The position numbers and the translations under genes were made by a program. From an uncultured Gemmatimonadales bacterium (GTDB lineage Bacteria; Gemmatimonadota; Gemmatimonadetes; Longimicrobiales; RSA9), in NCBI GenBank assembly GCA_963708135.1, contig OY970192.1, positions 2,912,001 to 2,976,000 of the forward strand: a stretch of DNA of 64,000 nt, in the 5' to 3' direction. Under the pieces are notes generated by a model that was given only the letters and a program-made list of their open reading frames with translations, ran no database searches and had not been told where the DNA came from. The first letter of the stretch is position 1; each line of letters starts with the position of its first letter. Of the stretch, positions 51,855 through 60,789 are shown piece by piece.

Positions 51855-51890
51855 ACGGTTCAGTTTAGGGGCGTGACGGCCCGGTGTCAA
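51846..51890 (-). promoter_or_regulatory. Promoter TTGACA-N17-TAAACT with operator palindrome CTGAACC-N4-GGTTCAG over the start codon
   Basis: -35 at 51890-51885, -10 at 51867-51862, ATG at 51854. Confidence 0.75.
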
Positions 51891-52175
51891 GGTGGACCGC
51901 GCACAGGCACATGGGCGGGCTCGGAGGGGGGCGGGACGGGGTCGGGGCAGGCACATGGGCGGGCTCGGGGCGGGCACGTGGGTGGGCTCTCGGAGCGCGC
52001 TCCCAGGTAACCTCGGGGGACTCGGGGGTTGCCTGGGCGCGGGCTGGGGCGCGGCCTGGGGGCGGGCTCACGAGACATGGGCGGGGCCGGGCGTCACAAC
52101 CCGCCAGTCGACGCGAGGCGACAAACGACCGGCGAGTTCGGAGGCCTGCGCGTGCAGAAGCCGCCGCTCGTTCCC

Positions 52176-52390
52176 GCCCCCTCGAACGAGCGGCGGATCG
52201 GGCCGGCCGTGCGTGCGCAAGCCGCCACTCGGCGGCGCGACGGCGTCGAGCGGCGGGTCGTGCACGCGGGCAGCCAACTCAGTCGGCCCGCCCCCCTCGA
52301 ACGAGCGGCGGATCGGGCCGGCCGTGCGTGCGCAAGCCGCCACTCGGCGGCGCGACGGCGTCGAGCGGCGGGTCGTGCACGCGGGCAGCC
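52176..52390. repeat. Direct repeat of about 100 bp (period 115 bp), 2 copies
   Basis: CTCGAACGAGCGGCGGATCGGG..GCACGCGGGCAGCC starts at 52181 and 52296. Confidence 0.9.
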
Positions 52391-52585
52391 CGATCCACCC
52401 CCGGACTCCGCGCCGGCCTCCACGGCCGACTCCGCACCGGCTGCGCAACGCGGCACGAAACCCGCACGGCCCGGCCGGTGTTCAATCGGAAGAGGGGCGG
52501 CGGCCGGCTGCCCCTGCCGGCGCGATTCCCTCCCCCGCCCGCACCTCGCCACGGGCCGACCGGCTTCTCGAGAGAGGAGGCTCGC

Positions 52586-53338
52586 ATGATCGCACGCCGC
52601 CTGCCCGCGCCCGCGGGCGCCCCGCCCCTCCTGGGCCACCTGGTGGCCAGCCGCCCGGATCGCGATGCCGGGGCCGGCGCCGCATCGACGGCCGCGTCGG
52701 TGCTGCTGCACGCCGCCCTGCTCACGGCCCTCGTGTGGGCGACGCTCTCGATCGGCCACGCGGCGCCGCCGCAGCCGACGGAGACCGTCAGGCCCGTCTA
52801 CTTGCCGACCGCGCCAGTCGCGCCCCGGAGCGCCCAGGCCGCGCCGCGGCCGACCCTTCCGTCTGCCGCGAGCCGCATCGCGCTGCCGACGGCGCCGATC
52901 GTGACGCCGGCGACGATCCCGATCCCGGTTCCCGGCGCCACGCTGGAGCCGGCGCGCTACGACATGCCGGACGGGGGGGCCGCCGGGGCGACGGCGGCCG
53001 CCGGTGCCGCGGGCCGCACCGGCGACGCGGTGGACCCGTTCATCGTCCGCACGGCGGAGCCGCGGCTGAAGGATCCCGCGCGGGCGGCGGCGCTCTTCCG
53101 GCGCGCCTACCCGGCGATTCTGCGCGACGCCGGCATCGGCGGCGCCGTGCTGGTCTGGATCGAGGTGGACACGGCGGGTCGGGTGCTCCAGACGCGGCTG
53201 CGCAGATCGAGCGGCAACGGCGCCCTCGACCGCGCCGCGCTGGAGGCCGCGCACGGGCTGCTCTTCTCCCCCGCGATGAACCGGGACACGCCGGTCCGGG
53301 TCTGGATAGCGCTGCCGGTCGAGTTCGAGGCGCGGTAG
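52586..53338 (+). CDS. tonB: TonB-family energy transducer
   Basis: TM helix with SVLLH, Pro-rich linker, YPAILRDAGIGGAV, SSGNGALDRAA, FSPA; GAGGAGG RBS. Confidence 0.88.
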   Translation: MIARRLPAPAGAPPLLGHLVASRPDRDAGAGAASTAASVLLHAALLTALVWATLSIGHAAPPQPTETVRPVYLPTAPVAPRSAQAAPRPTLPSAASRIALPTAPIVTPATIPIPVPGATLEPARYDMPDGGAAGATAAAGAAGRTGDAVDPFIVRTAEPRLKDPARAAALFRRAYPAILRDAGIGGAVLVWIEVDTAGRVLQTRLRRSSGNGALDRAALEAAHGLLFSPAMNRDTPVRVWIALPVEFEAR

Positions 53339-53451
53339 GGGGCGCGGGGTCGAACAGCGCCGCGCGGCGGGTCGAGTTCCTCCCGCTTCCCTTCCCCAGC
53401 GCGCCCCCCTATCCTTTCGTTGGCAATTCCTCTCATCCCGGAGAACCCACC

Positions 53452-54156
53452 ATGCGACTCACTCGCGGTTCCGCATGCGCGCTCGCCGCGGCGCTGCTCC
53501 TGCCCGGCCTGGCCTGCGCCCAGAAGCCGGCCGACGCCTCGCGCGGGGTGGCGGCCGGCGGCATCTCCGTTCCCGGCTGGACCGGCGCGATCGACGCCCG
53601 GGCGGCACGCTCGGGGCAGACCCTGTCGAGCGCGAAGCTCGCGAAGGAGGGTGAGGCGCTGCACGTGACGACGGGCCCCGCCGTCGCCTACTGGAAGGCG
53701 GCCAACACGGCCACGGGCGACTACACCGTCCACGCGACGTTCCGCGAGCCGAAGTACATGAACCTGAACGACCATCCGCACCCCTACGGCGTGTTCATCG
53801 GCGGCAACGACATGGCGACGGACCAGCGGAGCTACCTGTATTGCGCGGCGTACGGCAACGGCAGCTTCATCGTGCGCGGCTTCGGGCCGGAGTCGTTCCA
53901 CCTGAACGGCGGCGGCGAGAAGAACGCGGCGGTGCACAGGGCGGCCGGCGCCGGCCAGCCCGTGACGCAGGACATCGCGCTGTCGGTGAAGGGCGACAGG
54001 GTCGAGTGCGCCATCAACGGCACCGTGGTGGCCAGCTACCCCAAGTCGGACGTGGTGGGGCCCGGCAAGCTCAAGTCCACGGACGGGGTGTACGGCATCC
54101 GCTTCGCGCACAACACGGAAGGGCTCGTCACGGGGCTCGGCGTGACGAAGCCGTAG
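53452..54156 (+). CDS. Exported hypothetical protein, probable ConA-like (DUF1080-like) beta-sandwich
   Basis: Signal peptide; GDYTVHATF, VKGDRVECAINGTVV and GVYGIR patterns. Confidence 0.6.
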   Translation: MRLTRGSACALAAALLLPGLACAQKPADASRGVAAGGISVPGWTGAIDARAARSGQTLSSAKLAKEGEALHVTTGPAVAYWKAANTATGDYTVHATFREPKYMNLNDHPHPYGVFIGGNDMATDQRSYLYCAAYGNGSFIVRGFGPESFHLNGGGEKNAAVHRAAGAGQPVTQDIALSVKGDRVECAINGTVVASYPKSDVVGPGKLKSTDGVYGIRFAHNTEGLVTGLGVTKP

Positions 54157-54177
54157 GAGGGATCCCGATCGTCTCGC

Positions 54178-54990
54178 TCACCTCCACCGCGGCGCGAGCC
54201 AGGAACCATAGAAGGCGAGCAGGAGGAGCAGTGTCGCGGCCCCCGAGAGGACACGGAACGCGGCGCGCTCGCCCACCGTCACCGGCCGGGACAGCGCGAC
54301 CAGGGAGAGCTCTCCCGTGATGGCGAAGACCAGCACGTTGGTGAGGTCCATCGCGAGATGGAGGAGGATGGGCACCCAGATCGTGCCGCTCACGAGGTAC
54401 GCGCAGCCGAGGAGCAGCCCGCCCGCGAGCCAGCTCGCCACCTGCGCCGGCGTCACGCGGTTCGTGAGGAAGTGGATCGCCGTGAAGATGAGCGTACCGG
54501 CCGCGAGCACGGCGCCAGGGCCGAACGGCAGCAGGTTCAGCGTGACGTAGCCGCGGTAGAGCACCTCTTCCTGCGCGGCCACCAGCGCGAGAACACCGGC
54601 GGCGGCCGCAAGCCGCGCGCCCTCCCCCACCTCTCGCCCGCGGGCGCGGACGCCGAGCCGCCGCCCGCGGGCCAGGCCGGTCACGAAGGCCGCCGCGCCT
54701 CCGGCGCTGACCAGCGCGGCGGCGGCCGAGAAGGCCAGGTCGCGGCCGTCGAAGCGCAGGCCGAGGGCGGAAACGGCGCGCCCGTCCCACACGCCCAGGA
54801 CGACCAGCGTGAGGGCGAGGACCAGCGCGTTGGCAGCCGCGCCGACCATGAGCAGGAAATGCGACGTGCGGCCGCGCACGTCTCGCAGGTCCCCACCGCG
54901 CCGGCGCACGAGAGCCGCCGCCCCGGCGGCCACGGCGAGGTAGACGGCGACGACGGCCGCGATGCGCAGCCAGGGGAGGACGGCGCCCAT
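54178..54990 (-). CDS. CPBP (CAAX/Abi) intramembrane metalloprotease
   Basis: EEVLYRGY, FTAIH and PILLHLAMD motifs; multiple TM segments. Confidence 0.88.
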   Translation of the reverse strand: MGAVLPWLRIAAVVAVYLAVAAGAAALVRRRGGDLRDVRGRTSHFLLMVGAAANALVLALTLVVLGVWDGRAVSALGLRFDGRDLAFSAAAALVSAGGAAAFVTGLARGRRLGVRARGREVGEGARLAAAAGVLALVAAQEEVLYRGYVTLNLLPFGPGAVLAAGTLIFTAIHFLTNRVTPAQVASWLAGGLLLGCAYLVSGTIWVPILLHLAMDLTNVLVFAITGELSLVALSRPVTVGERAAFRVLSGAATLLLLLAFYGSWLAPRWR

Positions 54991-55263
54991 CAGCGGATCC
55001 GCGGCTCGGCAGAGCGGTCCGGCCTCGTCTCCACGGGTCTACGGGGCGCCGGGTCAACTCGTCCGTCCATCACGTCCATTCGCAAGCCTCGGTCGGTCGA
55101 AGAGGATGGCGCCCAACGGCGCGCCTGCCCGCGCAGGATGCTCGCTCCCGGTCCGCGAGCGCAACCGCCCACCGGCGCCATCCCTTGCGTTGTCCTACCG
55201 TGGAATCGCAGCCGCGCCCGGCCGCCGGCCGCCCGGCCGCGCCGTCACACGGAAGGAGGGCGC

Positions 55264-55844
55264 ATGCGACGTCCCGAAATTCGCACTCTCGCCGCCGCTT
55301 CCCCGCTCGCCGCCGCCGCTCTCCTGCTCGCGGCCGCGGCTCTCCTGCTCGGGGCCGCCTTCCCCGCTCTGGCGCAGGGGGGGACCGCCGCTCCTCCGAG
55401 GTCCCGCTGAAGGCGCGCCACGCCGCGCGCGTGCAAGGCGACTCCGCCTGGGCCTTCTTCGTTCCGCTCGAGGCCGCCCACGCACGCGGCCGGCTCGAGG
55501 TGGCGGCGGAGGCGGGGGCGTGGCTCGGCCCGCGCGAGCCGCGCGAGGCCGCCTACGGCGTCGTCGTCGGCTGGATCGCGACATCCGCGCTCGAGCTCCT
55601 GGCGGAATGCAACGCCAGCGGCCCGCGCGCGCTCGCTCCCGACGAGCTGGTGTGCGACGCCGGCGTCCGGCGCGACGTGACCGAGCACGTGGGCGTCATG
55701 GCGGCCTTCGAGCCCGTGCTGGCGGGCGCGGTGGAGGAGCGTCCCCGCTACCACCTCTACGTCGGCGTGCAGACGCACATCAAGGGCGGCGGCTTCTGGC
55801 AGGGCGCGCGCAAGGTACTGGGCGGGAACGCGGACGACGGGTGA
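55264..55844 (+). pseudogene. Degraded outer-membrane beta-barrel protein gene
   Basis: Signal peptide ..FPALAQGG in one frame, GGPPLL in a second across a G run near 55377-55383, amphipathic beta-strands ending YHLYVGVQTH in a third. Confidence 0.45.
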
Positions 55845-55856
55845 CCGCTCCGCGGC

Positions 55857-56516
55857 CTACGCCGACGCCGCGACCACCTCGAAGCGGCAGCGCGGGCGGG
55901 CCCCGCGATCGCAGCATTCGCGCACTTCGCGGCCGCTCAGCTCATGGACAATGGCGCGCGCGACGGCGCACACCGCCTCGTGCTCGCCCACCGCGGCAGA
56001 AAGCGGGCAGCCGTGCCCGACCAGCCGCCAGCCGTCCTCGATCGCCTCCACATCCACCTCACCGCCCAGATCCCGGAGCGCCTCCGCCGCGCGGTCCGCC
56101 CCTTCCCGCGCGTCATCGCGGGCGGGCAGGAGGCGCCCCCCCGCGGGCCCGGCCCGCCACTCCACCGCCGCCCGCCGGCCGACCTCCGCCAGCATGCGCT
56201 CCAGCTCGCCCCCCTCGAGCTGCTCCTCCAGAAGCGCGACGAGCGCGCCCAGGACGTACGCGTACGCCTTCGGAAACAGCTCCTCCGCCTCAGGCGTGAG
56301 ACCGTAGAGCCCCGCTGGCTTGCCCCCCGTCTGCCGCTCCACGCCCGCGGATTCCACGAAGCCGTCGCGCTGGAGCGCGGCCAGATGCCCCCGCACGGCG
56401 TTCCCCGAGATCCGCAGGGCCGAGGCGAGATCCCCCACCGACCGCTCCGACCGACGCAGCAGAGCGAGCAGCTGCCCCCGCGTCGTGCCCACCAGCACCT
56501 CGAACCAGCTCTTCAT
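55857..56516 (-). CDS. HTH transcriptional regulator with Cys-rich C-terminal domain (COG2345/SufR-like)
   Basis: NAVRGHLAALQRDG, GGKPAGLYGLT, FPKAY, GCPL..VC..ECC..RCRF; AGGAGG RBS before MKSWFE. Confidence 0.85.
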   Translation of the reverse strand: MKSWFEVLVGTTRGQLLALLRRSERSVGDLASALRISGNAVRGHLAALQRDGFVESAGVERQTGGKPAGLYGLTPEAEELFPKAYAYVLGALVALLEEQLEGGELERMLAEVGRRAAVEWRAGPAGGRLLPARDDAREGADRAAEALRDLGGEVDVEAIEDGWRLVGHGCPLSAAVGEHEAVCAVARAIVHELSGREVRECCDRGARPRCRFEVVAASA

Positions 56517-56574
56517 CCTTCCTCCTGGACCTCGCCGGAGCTCCCTGGACCCGACTCCGCCCGCGCCGGGGCGC

Positions 56575-56665
56575 GGCCGCCGGGCCGCCGGGCCGCCGGG
56601 CCGCCGGGCCGCCGGGCCGCCGGGCCGCCGGGCCGCCGGGCCGCCGGGCCGCCGGGCCGCCGGGC
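56575..56665. repeat. Perfect 9-bp tandem repeat (GGCCGCCGG), about 10 units
   Basis: Directly visible, 100% GC. Confidence 0.95.
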
Positions 56666-56666
56666 A

Positions 56667-56741
56667 AGAGTAGCCCCGCGACACGGAGAAGTCAACTTAC
56701 TCAATTAAACTATTGACAAAGCGGAGATGAGCCGCCATCCT
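56667..56741. promoter_or_regulatory. Back-to-back sigma70-like promoters: TTGACT-N17-TACTCT (minus) and TTGACA-N17-CATCCT (plus)
   Basis: AT-rich island GTCAACTTACTCAATTAAACTATTGAC between divergent genes; exact 17-bp spacers on both strands. Confidence 0.7.
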
Positions 56742-56805
56742 GGCTCCCAGCCGAGAGCCGGATCCGGGCGCTACGGCAGACCACCCGAATTTCCAGGAGG
56801 CGGAG

Positions 56806-57381
56806 ATGAGAAGGAGCATTCACGCGGCGGCGGTGTTGGGCATGGCGGCGGTGTCGAGCCTTTTCCCGGCGGGGGTCGGGGCGCAGGGGCACTCGGAGGC
56901 GGCGAAGGGGTCGCCGGGTCCCAGCGACGCGGTGATCGCGCACATTGCGGTGACGGCGAACGCGATCGATGTGTCGATGGCGAAGCTGGCGCTGGAGCGG
57001 GCCGGCTCGAAGCAGGTGCGTGCGTTCGCGAGCACCATGGTGAGCGACCACACGGCGGTGAACAAGCGTGCGGCGGCGCTCGCGGCGAAGCTGAAGCTGA
57101 CGCCGGAGGACAACGCGACGAGCCGGAGCCTGCAGTCGGGAGCGGCCGAGGCGCGAAAGAAGCTGGAGGGGCTGAAGGGCGCGGCGTTCGACCGGGCGTA
57201 CATGGAGCGGGAGGTGTCGTATCATCAGGCGGTGCTGGATGCGCTGGACAAGACGCTGATCCCGAACGCGGACAACGCGGAGCTCAAGGAGCTCCTGCAG
57301 GATGCCCGGACGGCGGTGGCGGCCCACCTGGTCCGTGCGAAGGCGATCCGGTCGGGCCTCTCGAAGGGAGCGGGGTCGTGA
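56806..57381 (+). CDS. Exported DUF4142 (ferritin-like) protein
   Basis: Signal peptide; VRAFASTMVSDH, FDRAYMEREVSYH, AHLVRA; AGGAGG RBS. Confidence 0.9.
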   Translation: MRRSIHAAAVLGMAAVSSLFPAGVGAQGHSEAAKGSPGPSDAVIAHIAVTANAIDVSMAKLALERAGSKQVRAFASTMVSDHTAVNKRAAALAAKLKLTPEDNATSRSLQSGAAEARKKLEGLKGAAFDRAYMEREVSYHQAVLDALDKTLIPNADNAELKELLQDARTAVAAHLVRAKAIRSGLSKGAGS

Positions 57382-58601
57382 GGGGCGGCACCCGCCGCGC
57401 GGCGGCCCTCGGGGCCCTGGGCCTCGCGGTGGTGCTCTTCGGCTGTGACAACCGGGACCCCGTGGCGGCGGGTGTCCGTTACGACATGGGGTCCGGCACG
57501 ATGAGGGCGCCCCTGAGCCCCGAGTTGGTGCGGCGAGGGAAACGGATCTTCCGCTACGACGACTTCGGCGACGCGGGCTTCTGGACGGACACGCTGCGCC
57601 TGAACGAAGTGGTGGAGCAGCTGAAGCCGGTGGACGCGCTGGCGCTCGGCCTGAAGGTGGATGTGGATGCGGTGCCGGCGCAGGTGCTCGCTGCCGTTCT
57701 CTCCAACCCGGCGCTGCTGAACGACCCCGCGACGACGAGAGCGCTGCTGTCGCTGGATGCCGTGGTGGGAGTCAGAGCGACGGTGCAGGGGGATCACGTC
57801 ACGAGCATCGGGATCACGTGCGCGCTGTGCCACTCGACGGTCGATGACGAGGTGGCGCCCGGGATCGGTCATCGCCTGGACGGCTGGCCGAACCGGGATC
57901 TCCGGGTCGGCGCCATCGTCGGCGCCTCGCCCGCGATCCCGGCCGCGAGCCCCTTCGGCCAGTACCTGGCGACCTGGGGTCCCGGCTTCTACGACGCGCG
58001 CGTCAATCTCGACGGGCGCATGGACGGACCCGTCCTGATCCCGCCGGCGTACGGTCTCCACGACGTGGCCCTGGAGACGTACACGGGCGAAGGGCCGGTG
58101 TCGTACTGGAACGCGTACGTGGCGGTCACGCAGATGCACGGCCGGGGGACGTTCTCGGATCCACGGCTCGGGATCCACGTTTCGGCCGCAGGACCGGATC
58201 TCGTCCAGCCCAAACTTGCGGCCCTGCGCGAGTACCAGCTCAGTCTGGACGCACCCACGGCCGGCGCCGGCGAGTTCGACGCCGCGGCCGCAGCGCGCGG
58301 GCGCGTGGTCTTCTCCGGGCCCGGCGGGTGCGCCGGGTGCCACGTGCCGCCGACCTACACCGATGCGCCGCGGCTCCACGCACCCGCCGAGGTCCCGGTC
58401 GAGCCGACGTGGGCGGAGCGTGGCTCGACGGGCCTTTATCGGACGACGCCGCTGCGGGGCCTGCTGCGGCACCCGCCGTACTTCCACGACGGCTCCGCCG
58501 CGACGCTGGCGGCGGTGGTCGGTCGCTACGATGCGTTCTTCGGCCTGGGGCTGTCGGCGCAACAGAAGTCGGATCTGGTGGAGTTCCTGAAGACGCTCTG
58601 A
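57378..58601 (+). CDS. Di-haem c lipoprotein, bCcP/MauG/RoxA-superfamily-like
   Basis: GTGA overlap with DUF4142; lipobox LFGC; CALCH and CAGCH; TTPLRGL..PPYFHDGS; DLVEFLKTL end. Confidence 0.82.
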   Translation: MRGGTRRAAALGALGLAVVLFGCDNRDPVAAGVRYDMGSGTMRAPLSPELVRRGKRIFRYDDFGDAGFWTDTLRLNEVVEQLKPVDALALGLKVDVDAVPAQVLAAVLSNPALLNDPATTRALLSLDAVVGVRATVQGDHVTSIGITCALCHSTVDDEVAPGIGHRLDGWPNRDLRVGAIVGASPAIPAASPFGQYLATWGPGFYDARVNLDGRMDGPVLIPPAYGLHDVALETYTGEGPVSYWNAYVAVTQMHGRGTFSDPRLGIHVSAAGPDLVQPKLAALREYQLSLDAPTAGAGEFDAAAAARGRVVFSGPGGCAGCHVPPTYTDAPRLHAPAEVPVEPTWAERGSTGLYRTTPLRGLLRHPPYFHDGSAATLAAVVGRYDAFFGLGLSAQQKSDLVEFLKTL

Positions 58602-58667
58602 GCCGGGCAGGCGCCGGGCGGACCCGATCCGGGCGCGCTGGAGCCCGAAACTGGCCGCCCGGTGCCC

Positions 58668-60485
58668 TCACTCCGGGAGGGATGACTCGGCCACCACGAC
58701 CGGCTCCCCCAGGTGCGCCTCGACGCGCTCCGTCGGCAGCCGCAGGCGCGTGGCCACCCACAGGACGAACGCGGAGAACACGCCGATCACCAGGATCGCC
58801 CAGCCGAAGTCGAAGAGGCCGAGATTGCCGGCATGCGCGTCGGGCGCCGGATAGGAGCCGAGCCAGCTGATCAGGGCGAGGCCCGCGAGCCAGAGGAGCA
58901 CCCAGGCGCCGGAGCGCAGCTCCAGCGGCGGCGTGCGCCCGCGGTTCGTCGCCTCGTGAAGCGCCAGCACCACGTACCCGATGAGCACGGCCACGAACAG
59001 CTTCCAGTCCGTGTCCCACCCCGACCAGTACACGATCAGGTTGGAGGAGAGGAACGCCAGATAGGCGACGACGAGCGCCCAGGGCAGCCGGAACGGCCGC
59101 ACCTGCCGGGGGATCTGACGCCGCAGCGCCACGAGCGCGAGCGGGCCGGAGCCGAAGGAGAGCACCGTCGCCGAGGTGACGAAGCCGACCAGCTTCTGCC
59201 AGCCGGGGAACGGCAGGAAGAAGATGAGGCCCACGACGAAGGTCACGATCACGCTCACCCACGGCACGCCTCGCTTGCTCACCTTCGCCAGCGCCCGCGG
59301 CGCGTTGCCGTTCCGGCCCATGGCGTACGAGATTCGGGCCGTGACCGTCGTATAGATGAGCCCCGTGTCCGCGGGCGAGATGAAGGCATCGATGTAGAGC
59401 AGGATCGCCAGCCAGGTGAGCCCCAGCACGCTGGCCAGCGCGGCCAGCGGGCCGTAGGTCGCGGCCACGTCGCTCAGCCGCCCCGTGAAGCTCGTGCCGA
59501 TGTGCGCCCAGCCGTTCCGCAGCGCCCCCGGCGGCAGCGCGCCGATGAACGCCGTCTGCAGCGCGATGTAGAGAACCCCCGTGATCAGCACCGAGCCGAT
59601 GATGGCGATCGGCACGTTCCGCTGCGGGTCGTGCGTCTCGCCCGCGAGCTCGACCCCCTGTCGGAACCCGAGATAGGAGAAGACGATCCCCGCCGTGGCG
59701 ATGGACGAGAAGACGCCCGCCCAGCCGTACGGCATGAAGCCGCCCGCGCCGGCGTTCGCGGCTGCGCCCGCGTTCGCGCCGGTGGCCGCGGCCGCGCCGC
59801 CCGCCGCGGCCGCACCGCCCGCCGCGGCGGTGAAGTTCGCCGGGTGGAAGACGGTCACGAAGAAGGCGATGATGACCACCGTGATGATCGCCAGCTTCCA
59901 CCACACGAGCGCGTTGTTCAGGCGCGCGAACCAGCGGATCCCCACCACGTTGATCAGGCTGAAGAGGGCGAGCAGCCCCGCCGCCACCGCGAAGCCCGGA
60001 GCGGTCAGCACCGGCACCCCGCCCTTCAGCGTCTGGAGCCACGGCACGTAGTTCGTGGCGTACTGGAGCGCCGCCTCCACCTCGATCGAGGTGGTCGAGG
60101 CCACGGCCAGCCAGGTGATCCACCCGAGCGTGTAGCTCGCGAACGAGCCGAAGCTGTAGTGCGGGAAGCGCACCACCCCGCCCGACACGGGAAACATGGT
60201 GCCCAGCTCCGCGTAGCAGAGCCCGATCAGGATGATCATCACCCCGCCGATCGCCCACGCGATCACCGACGCCGGCCCCGCGATCTGCGCCGCCGTGAGC
60301 GCCCCGAACAGCCACCCCGACCCGATGATCGAGCCCACCGCCGTGAACAGCAGCCCCACGATCCCGATGTCGCGCCGCAGCCGCTTGTCGTCCGCCGCCG
60401 TCCGCTGCACCGGGCCCCGCTCCATCCGCCCCCCCTTCGGCCCGGCGGCGTAACCCGCCTGACCGCTCTTGCCTGACGCCTCCAT
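58668..60485 (-). CDS. APC-family amino acid permease
   Basis: GSIIGSGWLFG, YAELGTMFPVSGG, FSYLGFRQ..LAGE, RPFRLP; start reassigned to MEASGK. Confidence 0.92.
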   Translation of the reverse strand: MEASGKSGQAGYAAGPKGGRMERGPVQRTAADDKRLRRDIGIVGLLFTAVGSIIGSGWLFGALTAAQIAGPASVIAWAIGGVMIILIGLCYAELGTMFPVSGGVVRFPHYSFGSFASYTLGWITWLAVASTTSIEVEAALQYATNYVPWLQTLKGGVPVLTAPGFAVAAGLLALFSLINVVGIRWFARLNNALVWWKLAIITVVIIAFFVTVFHPANFTAAAGGAAAAGGAAAATGANAGAAANAGAGGFMPYGWAGVFSSIATAGIVFSYLGFRQGVELAGETHDPQRNVPIAIIGSVLITGVLYIALQTAFIGALPPGALRNGWAHIGTSFTGRLSDVAATYGPLAALASVLGLTWLAILLYIDAFISPADTGLIYTTVTARISYAMGRNGNAPRALAKVSKRGVPWVSVIVTFVVGLIFFLPFPGWQKLVGFVTSATVLSFGSGPLALVALRRQIPRQVRPFRLPWALVVAYLAFLSSNLIVYWSGWDTDWKLFVAVLIGYVVLALHEATNRGRTPPLELRSGAWVLLWLAGLALISWLGSYPAPDAHAGNLGLFDFGWAILVIGVFSAFVLWVATRLRLPTERVEAHLGEPVVVAESSLPE

Positions 60486-60789
60486 TGCTCTCCCCCCACC
60501 TGTGGCCCCCGTCCGATACGGCGCGCCCGCTGCGCCCCATCGCATTGGCTGGCAAGCCGTTCGGCAAGAACGGCTCCAGTAGCGCTGGGCGACACCAACC
60601 TCGCGAGCGCGTGGCCGGCCGCGGCGGAGCGGGACGTGAGCGGAATGACGAGCACGCCAGGCCGGCAAATCTCGCGCACGAGCCGGTGGAAGCGGGAGAC
60701 GGCTCCGCCGTCCCGGAGACCATTGCTCGCGGGGCCGTCCGCGTTTAGCTAGAGGGAGCCCACCGTCCTCGGCGGATCCGTCGCTCCAC

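Noticed and set aside
54178..54990. Abortive-infection phage defence gene
   Set aside because: The Abi label of CPBP proteases is historical; nothing in the context suggests a defence island.
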